A program made the position numbers and the translations under genes. From assembly GCA_040357565.1 (NCBI GenBank), contig JBDODJ010000006.1: DNA of 64,000 nt; one strand, written 5' to 3'. The notes below the pieces were generated by a model that worked only from the letters and a program-made list of their open reading frames with translations, did not search any database and was not told the origin of the DNA. The DNA is from Cercozoa sp. M6MM. Lineage: Eukaryota; Protista; Endomyxa: Ascetosporea. Shown here in pieces: positions 12,809-24,669 of the stretch (positions within the stretch are counted from its first letter, which is position 1; each line of letters opens with the position of its first letter).

Positions 12809-13018
12809 ATGGACCCACTTGATCCACTGAAGAAGGAGCTTCGTGCCCGCGAAGAGCTGCTCAAGGCGCAGAAGAAGGCGAACGCGCGCGACCAACGCGC
12901 GCCTCACAGTCATCGTCGTCGCTTCGGACAGCCTGCTGCCACCGGTCCGAGCACCAAGCAGCACATGAGTCAACCCAAGCAACGCAACGGCAAGAGCATG
13001 CGTCGCGGAACGAAATGA
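12809..13018 (+). CDS. Small basic intronless hypothetical protein (69 aa)
   Basis: ATG at 12809, MDPLDPLKKELRAREELLKAQKKANARD...MRRGTK*; GC3-rich codons like neighbouring genes and AT-rich upstream sequence. No recognised family. Confidence 0.55.
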   Translation: MDPLDPLKKELRAREELLKAQKKANARDQRAPHSHRRRFGQPAATGPSTKQHMSQPKQRNGKSMRRGTK

Positions 13019-13402
13019 AGACTAGTAACCAGTCGACAACTGAACACTGTGACTACTACAACTACTAGTCGTGCTGTAGTAGTTGTAGTTGAGTCTTCTA
13101 GGAAACCAACAATGTAGTTTCGCTGCGCCAGTCGGGGAAGCGACTTCAGTGAATGTTCATGCCTGCCGTAGAACTGAACTTTAAGGTCCACGTGGCTCTT
13201 ACCAGCGCAGGGGTAGAACACTACGGCAAAACACTACAAAAGCTGAACTTGCACATGCTAAAAGCTGTCGCTTTAGCCTTACGCTACGACCAACCCCATT
13301 ATCTATATTAATACATCAACGCGTGCCAATATCGACATCACGCGTCGCGTGGCTCACGTCGGGAAACAACACCGGTGTTCGCAGGCTAGTACTACGTTAC
13401 GC

Positions 13403-16400
13403 TTACATGTACATCGACATGCTGCTGTTCTGGCCGCTGGTGCCGTCGGTCTTCTCGACCTCCTCCTCGGCAGCGAGCCTGTGCAGAACAAAAGGTATGC
13501 ATTCTTTCATCTCGAATCGAGCAAAGCAGAGTGTACGAGAGGTCCTTCATCTTAATGATGGCATCATCGCCCTGACGCAGCGCAGCACGCGAGGCAGCAC
13601 GCAGCACGGCCGAACGGATCTACATGGGAAGGGGATAAAGGGCATTGCAAGCAGGGAAGCAGGGTGTGATGATACCTGACCGCCCGTGAGTGCCTGCGCG
13701 CGGCCGAGTCGCTCGAAGTCGACGCTCTTGTCGAGCGGCGCCTGCGCCGGGATCATCTGGCGCCACAGCTTGGCGCGCAGACCGGCCTCGGGCGTGCCGA
13801 AGTGCACGACAAACTTGATGCGGCGGAAGAAGGCGCGATCGATGGCGTCGGCGTTGTTGCACGTGAGGATCACCACGCCCGGGTAGCGTTCCACGTGGTA
13901 CAGCAGCGTTGCAATGTCGATGTTGGCATATCGGTCCGTGCTCGTCGTCGTCGCCGTGCGCGACGAGAACAGTCCCTCGGCCTCGTCAAACACCAGCACC
14001 GGCGACTCGTGCAGACCTGACAAAAACAACAGAGTTAATTTCTCCTTTCGCGCGGACGTGCAAAAACACAACAAATACAAAACACAGCAAATTTACCAGT
14101 GCCACTGCCGCTTGACGTGGCCGTGCTGGCCTGCTCGAACAGCGACTCGATGTTCTTGGACGACTCGCCAACCCACTGCACACACCGACACACAAAAAGT
14201 AAACCTGTTAGAGCAAAAGAAGTCCAATATTGGGTGGGCGGTTAGCTACCTTGGACAGCAGCTCGGCGCAGTTGACAATCTTGAGCGGCCGGCCAATCTC
14301 GAAGGCAATGGCCTGCGCCGCCATTGACTTGCCCGTACCGGGCGGACCGGCGAAAAGTGCCGACGCGCCCTGGTTGTTGCGCAGCGACTCGCCAAAGCCC
14401 CACTGCGCGAACAGCACGCTGCGCGCCTTCTCAAAGTTCACGACGTCGCGAAGCACGTTCATGTGCTACCATCCCACAGCCAACCATATCTATGCACCCT
14501 CTGTATACCAGGTTAAGTGTATGTGGATACCTTGTCGGGCAGCACGAGCTTATCGAGGCCGCTCTGTCACACACATGTTAGTCAAGTACATGGGAGTGTG
14601 GAAAGCCAAGGGTGCTACATCCGGGACGGAGCGTCGCTCGAACGAGGCCATACTGATGCGGCCCTTGAGTTGCAGCGTGGCACCGCGGCACATGTCCTCC
14701 TGCGTCACTACAATGTTCTTGGCGTCGCGCGACACGGCGAACGACAGCGCCGACAGCAGCGCGTTTTTGATAAAACCGCCCGTCAGCTCGAACTTCTACA
14801 GGGGGCACACAGGGGGCAGGGGGTATAGGGGGAGGTATGGGGTATAAGTGGAGGTATAGGAAGGGATATGGGTCAACACACCTTGGCCAGGAACTCGAGG
14901 TCGACATCGTCGGCCAGCTGCAGCTTGGGCGGCATCAGCGTCTTCCAGATCTGCTTGCGCAGCAGATGGTCCGGTTGGCTACACGCACAAGCCAAGGTAC
15001 AGATGAACCCGGGGGAGGGGGTAAGACACGAGGCTACCGGAACTGCACGGACAGGGTGATACGGCGGTGCATGGCCTCATCCAGGTCGGCCGGTCGGTTG
15101 GTGGCCATGATAATGAGGCCGTCGTGCCGCTCGATCTCGGTGAGCAGGAGGTTCACGAGGCCGCCGTTGCGCTCGCGGTCACCAAACATGCTCTCGCACT
15201 CGTCAAAGAAGAGCACGGCGTCGTTGATCTTGGCCTCGCGGAAGATAAAGCGCAGGTTCTCGTCGCCCCTATATAATACATATATATATATATATAATTA
15301 TAGAGATGTAGTTGGAGGGGGTACATCTGGCCCAGCGACGGGAAGTTGATAAGCAGCACGCGCTTCTTGATGGCCGTGGCCACGGCGTTGGCGATCATGG
15401 TCTTGCCAGTGCCCGACTCGCCGTAGAACAACAGGCACACGCCGGCGCCGTACTGCACCACGTCGTCGAAGCCAAGCTCCTTGCGCGCACGGATGAACTT
15501 GTCAAAGTTGCGCACCGTGCCTACCAACCAACAGGAGGGTACCGAGGCGGCTAGGGGGAGGGGCAGCATGCCAGCCTACCGATAATCATGTCCTTCTGCG
15601 CCGCCGGCAGAATCACGTTCTCCACGTCCACATTCGGCGTGTACCTGCACCAACAGAAAACAGATACCGCACCCCTTAATCACACGGGCACACCCTAACC
15701 AAGCGCACCCTTATCAAAGATAGATTTGTTACAGATGCGAGCCGTCAATGATCTCGCCGAACTCGACCTCAAGACCGCAGCAGTACTCCAACACACGCCT
15801 GGGGGGGGGGGGGGTAAAACGGTGGAAAGAGGTAAGAAGGGGTCGTACCGATCCACGCGGATGGCGGCCTCGATGAGGTCACTCTCGAAGCCGAGCGCAT
15901 TCACCGACACGAAGCCCTCCTTCACCAGCGTGGAGCTCTTGTAGAAGAAGCGGCGCATCGCAATCTGCTGCGCCAGGTCCTTGCTCAGCAACTCGAGCAT
16001 GTGGCCCACGTTGCCACGGAAGCGCACCTACAAGGGGGTAAGAGGAAGGTAAAGGGGGGCGATGGGGGGTGGTAAAATTCTAGCATACAGTGTTCGGCAT
16101 CAGCGTGTTGCCCAGCAAAATCAGCAGCACGTCACGCTCCGTGTCGCAACTGTACAAAAGGTGGGGTAAGGGGAGGGGTGAAAGGGGGTAAGAGGGTAAG
16201 AAACGTACAGGCTGCGCTCGCGGCAGAGCTTCTCGAGACGAGGCACGAAGCCCTTCTTCTGTGCATACAGTACAGTACCTTGTTTCGATCAAATTCGCCT
16301 GTTCATGGGGTTTTTTTAAATTGAACTTACGCCATCCTTCTCAGAGAGAGCAAGGCGACGCTCAATCTTCTTCTTGCCGACACGGACCTGCCATCACACA

Positions 16401-17768
16401 AGGGGTAAACAACGGGTGGGGGGGGGGCAAGCTAATCGACTCACCTTGGTCTCCAACTCGCGAATGCGCTGAGCCGTTCGCGGGTCCATCGCCGACGGAT
16501 CGTGCGCGTACGAGTTCCTTCACATGGGGGGGGGGGTAAAGTCAGGGGGTAAAGTCAGGGTGGGTGGAATGGGGGTAAAACAGAACCCACTCCAGCTCGT
16601 GTCCGTCAATCTGATTGCGCACGACTTGGAACCACAACTCGAGGTACTCCAGGTCGTTTTTAAAGGGCCTACAGGGGGATATAGGGGTAGGGCGAGGTGG
16701 GTAAACCGAGTATACTTAAGCGCGTCCTCCTCCTCGTCCGAGTCGACCTCTTCCTCGTCGTCGTCGTCGAGGTCGCGTCCGGCAAAGGCGCGCGTCATGA
16801 TCGAGTCGGCCTTCATGCTGGCGAACAGGTCCTTGTCGCTGCCGCCGACCGAGCCGCCGGCGGCCTCCAGTGCCACCAGCATGTGCTCCTTCTCCACGTC
16901 CGACAGTTCGCTCAGCTGCGCCGACACGTCCATACCGGCGGCCTCTGCAGCGGCCACCAGGGCCACATCCAGCTCGCTCGGACCCTGTGCCTCCTCAGCG
17001 GCCTCTGCAGCCTCGGCATCCACTGTCTCGTCGGCTTCCTCGGGTCCGTTGTCCTCCTCGACCTCGGTTTCGACTGGCGTCTCCACCACATCAAACGAGT
17101 CCTCCGAGTTCTCCTACCAAAGGCATAGGCTTATATGGTTCTAGCTGTATAGGATACGGGTACCTTGGCCTCCGGGGCCTCCGAAGCAGCCTGTGCAGCC
17201 GCCTTGTCGTTCTTCTTGAGGCGACGCTCGTAGGCATCGTCTGCAGGCAAGGGGTAACGGGGGGGGGGTGGGGTAGGGTAGGGTAGGTGGTAAGGGGTAG
17301 GGGAAGGTAGGGTAGGGGTATAGGGTACCCTCCTCGAGGATGCCCGAGATAGGCGGCACATCAAGCTTCATGAGCGCGTCCTGGTTGAGTCGCAGCTTGT
17401 ACAGCATGAGCCAGATGGCCTCCTCGATGTTCGGGTTCGAGTACCTGCACGTTTAAGAGCAGACACATGTACCATAGACACACGTATCAGACAGACGGAC
17501 AGGACGTACATCAAATAGCCTCGCGAGTTGAGGTCGCTCAGGATGCCCGACTTAACGTGCTACGGGAGGGGTGAGGGTAAAGGGGTAAGGGGTAGGGGGT
17601 AAAAGCACAGGCATACCGGACGGTCGGGGTCGAGGAACTTGAGCACATGCGAGGTCGACTTGGAGAAGAGTGCGCACAGCGTGTGCAGCATGGCACCGCG
17701 TGTTTGCACCGAGGCGCCACAGCCTGCCCCACCACAACACATTAGTCAGTCTCTTCTTTACCTAGTGT

Positions 17769-17825
<57 letters not shown>

Positions 17826-18601
17826 GGAGAGAAAGAGGGAGAGAAAGAGGGAGGAAGAGAGAAAGAGGGAGGAAGAGAGAAAGAGGGAGGGAGAGAGAAA
17901 GAGGGAGAGAGAGAAAGAGGGAGGGAGAGAGAAAGAGGGAGAGAGAGAGAGAAAGGAACACACCACTAAGGAAGGGCGAGTTGAGGAACAGGATGGCCTC
18001 GAAGAAATCCTTCTCGTAGTCGCACAGGTCCATCGGCTCGCGGTGCAGCAGGCGCAGCAGACGCGGCGCTGGCGGCACCGGCTGCTCCTCCTCTGTCTCG
18101 GCCGAGAAGACGTCGTCGATGGCACGGTGCTTGGTCAGACGTGCCGTGATGAAAGTCGTCAGCGCCGCGTGTGCCGTCTCGCACGCATGCGTCAGCTTCT
18201 TCTGCGTCTCGTGACTCTGGATCTCACTCTCGGCTTGACTGTTCATCATGTTCGTCATGCGCGTTGACGCCAAGTTCAGCGGCGCGTACACGAAGCACAT
18301 TCGAGCCACGATGATCTCCACATACTCCGGGTTCGTGAACGGTTTGGCCTCCTCACCCTGCAGGCACACACATTACCCCCCCTCACTACACATCAAGCAG
18401 CACAAGGCAGCAACTCACCGACTTAAAGAAGTCAAGCGCCTCCCGAACGGGGCCCACTACGTTCGGACGGAAGAACGTCTGATCAACAACAACAAAGAAA
18501 GCATTCACGCGACACAACACGACAAGAAAAAAGAAAAAAAAACAAAACACCGTCAGGACATCGCACGCCTTTTGCAGAGCCTCTGTGTCAAACTGGGCCA
18601 T
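13403..18601 (-). CDS. Tandem AAA+ ATPase (two AAA modules, winged-helix-like N-terminal repeats, acidic linker)
   Basis: Spliced: LLFYGESGTGKT / VLFFDECE / MATNRPADLDEAMHRR, then QWGF..SALFAGPPGTGKS / LLSKWVGESSKN / VLVFDEAEGLFSSR..TDRYAN / TCNNADAIDRAFFRRIKF / LTGGQI. ATG at 18601, TAA at 13403-13405. Confidence 0.9.
17772..17952. repeat. Compound (AG)n / AGAGGG purine tract in an AAA ATPase intron
   Basis: Direct inspection; explains the ERER/SLSL ORFs. Confidence 0.95.
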
Positions 18602-18943
18602 TTTGAGGTGCTGTTTAAACCGTTAACCCGTAGTTCAGTGAATAAAAACAATGCTAGAGCACAAAATGAGTGGCGCGATTTTTGCTTTTCAGAATCGTGC
18701 CAGAAGTTTCTTTTTTCCTTCTTTGCTGCGGTCAGCCAGCAGGTCTATCAATCTGACCGAAACACCGGAATATCGCCAGTCAGCAGTCAGGGTGCTTGGG
18801 CAATGGGCGAACTCGGGTGCAACCTAGAAGCACGGTGAGCTTTCAGAGCCGTGGCATGGTCATGAAATGTCGCAACAAAACTTCAAAACACCGATACTTT
18901 TCGGACCAAAGGGATACCGAAAGCTAAGGACCGACGGCGTCGC

Positions 18944-20390
18944 ATGTCTCGTGTTATCTTGTTGCTCTCCGCTCTGTTCGTTTTAACGTAAGATATTTAC
19001 GTTCTCCCTGGCACCTGTCAGAGGCATCGGCTCTGTAAATGCTGCACCCAGGAATGCATCAAGCTTGTCGCTGCTGCCACCCAAAGCGGCACTTGCGATG
19101 CTTGACTATCTCGACATCGAGTCTCTCGCCGTGTTGCTTCATGCTTCTGCTCACATCGTTGTGATCTTGCGTTCCTTTACCACGGACAAGACAGCTGCAT
19201 CTCGGGTAAAAAACACACCCCCCCCCCCCCCCCCCAGTGTACACGGCTGTCTGCACAGAGAATGCTTCAGTACCTTGAAACGTCGCAGTTCGGTTCACGC
19301 TTAACCGAAGTCAAAGTCAGTGGCATAAAGAACGGCGCCGGCTCGTCATATTAGCACGCTGAAGTGTTTCCATGTAACGAATGATTCTGTAACAAAGGGT
19401 ATCGGGGTACTCGCACTGCAGTCCTTTACTTGAGCTTTGTGTTGTAATACAGCGATTTCAAACGTCCAAAAGTTACCATCCTCTGCGCTAAGACGGCTTT
19501 TGCGTTTAAAACAGGAGCGGTTGTTTTGTGAACGCGCTTCATCTGGAGGAACGCACCGTTACTGCATTCGGCGTCTGTCACAAGACCTGGAAGGGGTGCT
19601 TCAATCAATTTCAACTCAACTGTTGCTCTCCCGTTATCCTATACGGGCACGTTTCGCAGGTGGCAGAAACACACTCCTTCCATGCTGCGTCAGCTTGACA
19701 CAATCACACGGCAACGGACACCTGTGATGTCGAAACTGCTGGAGAACTTCTACGACAGTGCGCACGCTGCAGTACCGTCCATTTCCAACAGTTAAATTAC
19801 TAGTAGAAATAAATTTTAAGTTCTTCTTCGCAGACAAATCTGATGCAGCTTCGTTTGAACACGCCTTTTGGTGACCCATATGCCGCGTTAACACGTCGAA
19901 CTTCCTATATTGGTACCTTCTGACTGCCATAAGATATCACTGTGGGAGAGCATTCTTTGGTTCGTAGAGACCGACCAAGCACTCCTTGGAGCATTCAAGC
20001 GAACTCGCGCTCTAATTTCGCTCGTATTGAGCGCAGTGGTTATTGTAAAAGACCACTATCTACCTCTATCAATGCTCGAAGACTGGTACCTCTCATCAAT
20101 GGTGTCGATTCAAATATCGTGTGAGTTCGAAAATTTAAACTTACGCACCGCGCCAGGTGGTCCCTGCCTCCTGAGCTGCAGGTCGATCTCGACTCGGCCA
20201 TCGATCACTTTGCTTTCGTTGCCTACGACGACTCGATGCGAACCGAATTGTCTTTGGTAGCACTTTGCAACGATTGAGTTGAGTGAATGTGAGTTATGTG
20301 AGTTCGACAGAGCTGCTTCGACACATTGCTGCGTCGCGAGTGTTGTCAGAACGAAGGGGCAACTTTCGTTGCGTAACCACTTGTCATACC

Positions 20391-20429
<39 letters not shown>

Positions 20430-21259
20430 GACGCTCTGTTTTTCTTGTCTTTGTCGCAGCAAGCACAGAGCTGCGGTGGAGCTGCTCCTGCTAATCGAGT
20501 TCACTGTTCTTCACTTGTCGACGTGCCGAGCGTTTGTAAACAACCCGACACAAATCCAGTATTCCATGAATTCGGGGGCCATATTTACTGACGAATCTTA
20601 TCGAAACAGATGTCTCATCGACTTGCCGAACTGAAGAAACACGAAAGCACCGCAAAGCTCGCAACTCTGCAAGCGACCGCAATCGCCAAGCAAGGCCAGG
20701 AGCTGTTGGAGAAAGAATTTAGACACGAGCAAGAATACTCCAGTATCGTCACGGTCAACCCATGCATTGGTGAGGTTGCGTGCTGCGACAATATCCTTCG
20801 TCAAACTGCGGTAAACCGTACTTGAGTTGATACATGTGCCGTCTCAATGAAACTGTAAACTATAGGCCGCTGTTAAACGCGAACGAGCCCAACTACATCT
20901 CGCCTTGATGTCTGCGTATTTGTTGGGCAGTGCTGTTGGGCAGTTGCGAGATGTCTTCCTCGCGATTACCACCCAAACAGGCTAAAGAACTGGACGCAAC
21001 AGAATTTCACGTCTGTTGGCCGCTAGTGATAGCCCTTGCAATTGTTTTTAGTTTCTTTGGTTTTGCCGCTACAGAAGTGAAGTTGAGCGAGTCGCGTACT
21101 GAAGGAATCAGGCTGCGCTGGTCTGCTACTGCTTTAGACACCGACGGCACCGACAGTACCACAACTCGCGAAAATGCGAAATATTGCTTGTTACAGTCGC
21201 TCACGAAGGAGAGAGAAACGCCGCGCCTCCAGTGTGCGTTTCGTCTACAACACATTTAG
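18944..21259 (+). CDS. Hypothetical multi-exon protein with signal peptide, F-box-like motif and a late hydrophobic segment (3' structure uncertain)
   Basis: ATG at 18944 MSRVILLLSALFVLT, GTAAG intron, then in-frame (N)ASSLSLLPPKAALAMLDYLDIESLAVLLHAS. Later exons are plausible but were not fully resolved; WPLVIALAIVFSFFGFAA near 21020-21070. Confidence 0.45.
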
Positions 21260-21321
21260 GAACCAGGTAAGGCTGCTAAAGCGTCGAAAAGGTGCTGTAT
21301 TCAGGTTATAGGTGCAGGGTT

Positions 21322-24303
21322 ATGCATCCTCACCGCCAAGATCGAGGTCAACTGCGTTCTCGATCGCGGGAGACTTCTCCAAGGTAAATTTATGCATATT
21401 CCACCCGGACCCGGAAAAGCGTTCGAGTTGATGGAGTGAGCAATTGGACAGAGTTCGGGTGATAAAAGGAACTCGTTCGAAGCCGACGTGTGCAACCCGC
21501 AGGAATGATAGTCCAGACAGACGGCACATCTATTTCCAAGAGCCGATCGACAACGAAACGCAAAGGCAAGATCACCAATCGGCCGAAACAAGGGATTCCT
21601 CGTCGGAACCTGTGCTTTCGCGAGCAAGTTCACTCGGTTCTGTGGATAGCGTAACTCATTTGCTGCACCGAGCGAGACAGGTACTGTGGTTTCAGTTCGA
21701 AGAATATTATCCAGAATGGATAAATAGATTTAAACTTATAAGGGTAACGTGATGACACTTTCTTTGCCTGGCTTGGTAGAACGGGAATCTCGGGTGGAGT
21801 AATGGCATCGCATCCAACCAAGCACTCGCGAAACTCCGGGTCTCTGGACCTCCGGCTCCTGCCGACGTCGGAGCGCCTTTCGGCGACGGTTTGAACCCAC
21901 CAGATAATGCACCTACTTTCAAAGTGCGAAGAAACCTGCTGCTTTCGCCAGCGGTACTGCCACAACGCAAACCGCACTGTCTGCGCGCTATCTTCTGCGT
22001 CGTCTTCTTTGTTCTGCCTTGCTTCGTGTTCGCGCCTGCCTTTTTGTTCGCTCTATATACGATAAACAACAAGGTTCGTGACCTCTTTGGGACCGTTTCT
22101 TCTGCTTCAACGCGAGGTAAATCTCAGCTCGATGCATTTGATCTGATGAAAACGACGGTTTGAACGAACAGCACTGCAAACGACTGTCGCTCAACTCTTA
22201 ACATCAGTCGAGACGACATCTCGACGATGCTCGAGGAAACTCGACGAGAGTCGAGCAGGTGCCTTTGCCTTCGTTGATGATTTTGGAATGCTCAAGGACT
22301 CTCCCAACGAGACGCACCATGTCCTCCGCAACCGCCAAGACGCTTTGGTACAACAAGACTCTGCACAGCAATGCTGACACCGATTGGGTAATACTGACTT
22401 TGCGGACAGGGTCGAGTCAGAAGCAACGAAATCATTTTGGGCTTCGACGATGGCCCGGCTCCCTTAACACAATCATTTGCGTCGTTGCTGAACGCGCACG
22501 ACTCACCGAGCACCTTCTTTCTGACAGGAGTGCACGTACAGCAGCACCCGAAGGATCTGCTCTTGCTGCTAGCCTCTGGGCATGAGTGTAAATATCAACT
22601 ATCACCTTCTACCTTCCGTGTGTGGTACCTTCCTTTCGTACAGTGGGTGTCCACACAATGACACACCCTAACATGACGAGTCTCACTCCCAGCCAACAGC
22701 ATGCTGAAATAGATCTAACGATCCAGGCCATCAAACAAGCTGTTGGGGATGACTTTAAAATGCGATACTGGAGGTGCTGAGTTCTGTGTGTGTGTGTGTG
22801 TGTGTGCGTGTGTGTGTGCGTGTGTGTGTCATACTGCGACTCTCAGACCACCTTTCGGAGAGTCGACGGATGTACTGCGACAGACTATTCTCGACACCTT
22901 TGGTCTTGCCGAGGCGCAGGTAATTTATACACTAGACGACATTTTACCAGATCTTTTAATTACTGCGAACGCAGTGGTCACGAGATGTGTTTGACTGGGT
23001 CGACACTACCTCGCTGGAAGACATTGAGAATGTTATAATCAACGTAAAATTAGGCTTCCCTTTCATAACTGCTTCCTGTGCAACAGCAAGAGCAACCTAC
23101 CGGTGTGCTGTGTAGGCCACAGGAAATGTCATGCTGTTGCACGACGGCATCACTCGCTCGGGTCTCACCTACACGGCGCTAACAAAAACGATTCCGCAAC
23201 TCGTCGACCGCAACGTGAGTTTTCACTCCATCGCATACGCCGATTTGCGTCTCAAGCACGGCGATCAGGTGGCCGCCATGGTGAAGGAAACACTCTACGA
23301 CAACCGGTTCACTCCCATGAAACCCATAGACTTTCGACAAATGACCGACAGTCTGATGAAGACCCGCGGTGTTGTTGCCGTCGGCTTGGCTCCTCGCCTG
23401 CCGGTGCTGGACAATCGGGCACTGTTGGTACGTACAACATACAGTATGGAGAGCTTTCTCCTGTCCCACGTTAAATCCTGTGCCCTGCTTAGAAAAAGAC
23501 GTCGACAATAGTGCACGATACATCGGACTCACTTCGGTGGAGCAACAGTAACGGCGATTGGATGCTTCCAGTGACTGTGTCGTCGGTTTCAGAGTCAGGG
23601 TCTTTGGTTTTCTCTCTGCACGGCATCGACGTCATGTCCCACTTCCGCCGAGACGCGCGTGCTGGCGGCTCGGTTGATGCTGCCGAAGACCTTAGTGGTA
23701 GCGCGCGCATCGTGACTGACTTGCCGCTTGAGGGTGCAGTTTCAGTTGTCGTGCCGGTTTCGGTGGCTCATGACGGCATCAGTCGGCGCAGCAGTGTTCC
23801 ATTTGCGTCCCTCACGGTTGTTCTAAATTTAGACAACGACCTAATCCGCGAGCAAACACACGGCATCGCCGAAACCGCTTTCTTGCAGGAAAATGCTGCC
23901 ATTGCCAAGCGCATATCCATCAGCACGGTCGAAAGACCTTGCAACTTGACAAGAGAACAAGAAAGTAAATGGTGGAGAAGGTCCTACAAGCTTTGTTCAA
24001 TGACACAGGCCTCAGTACGGAGTGGAATGGTGTTGTACTACCGAATCGGTACTGTTTTGCTCGATGAGACAATGACTTTTGTCTATTTGCTTTGATGTTT
24101 TTCCAACTACACACGCAGAGCTCGACGTCGATGTGCCGTTGTGGCGACTGACGCAGCCCGCTTTGGTGGCTACAGGTGGTGCGCTCCTAACCGTATTGCT
24201 CGCCTACTGGATACTCTCCTGCTGCACGACGAAGCATGCCGCTCTCACGCATCAGGCCAACGCGGAGTCGCCGACTAACTCTGACCACCTGGAGTTATTA
24301 TAG
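21322..24303 (+). CDS. Polysaccharide/chitin deacetylase (CE4, NodB domain) with N- and C-terminal transmembrane segments
   Basis: All five CE4 motifs after splicing: GFDDGP, HELGVHTMTHP, RPPFG, DVFDW, VMLLHD. TM1 AIFCVVFFVLPCFVFAPAFLFALY; TM2 ALVATGGALLTVLLAYWILSCC. Stop TAG ends at 24303. Confidence 0.85.
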
Positions 24304-24669
24304 CGACTTGTGGACATGGCTCCTGCCATATTGTATTTGTGATAGACACCCACCGAGACTCAAACTCTGAATCCCATGCTTAGGAGGCTTGTGCCTTACA
24401 CGATCATCCTCCGACCTTCGGCTGGGCTGCTTTGATGGTTTTTGAGCAAAAGCACCTAAAAACGACGGTTGAACTACTGCACGAGTACTGCACTTTATCG
24501 GTGTAAATTTATACTAAGGTACAGCGCTGTGGTCTCTCTAAATTTATAGAAGAGCAGAATATCGTTTCACTTTTTCCGTATTAAAACGCGAGTCCGCGTG
24601 GGTGTGCAAGAAAACGGTGTTTTTTTCGTCTTCCAGTCAAAGGCTGCGCCAGAGCCAGCGACGTGTGCC

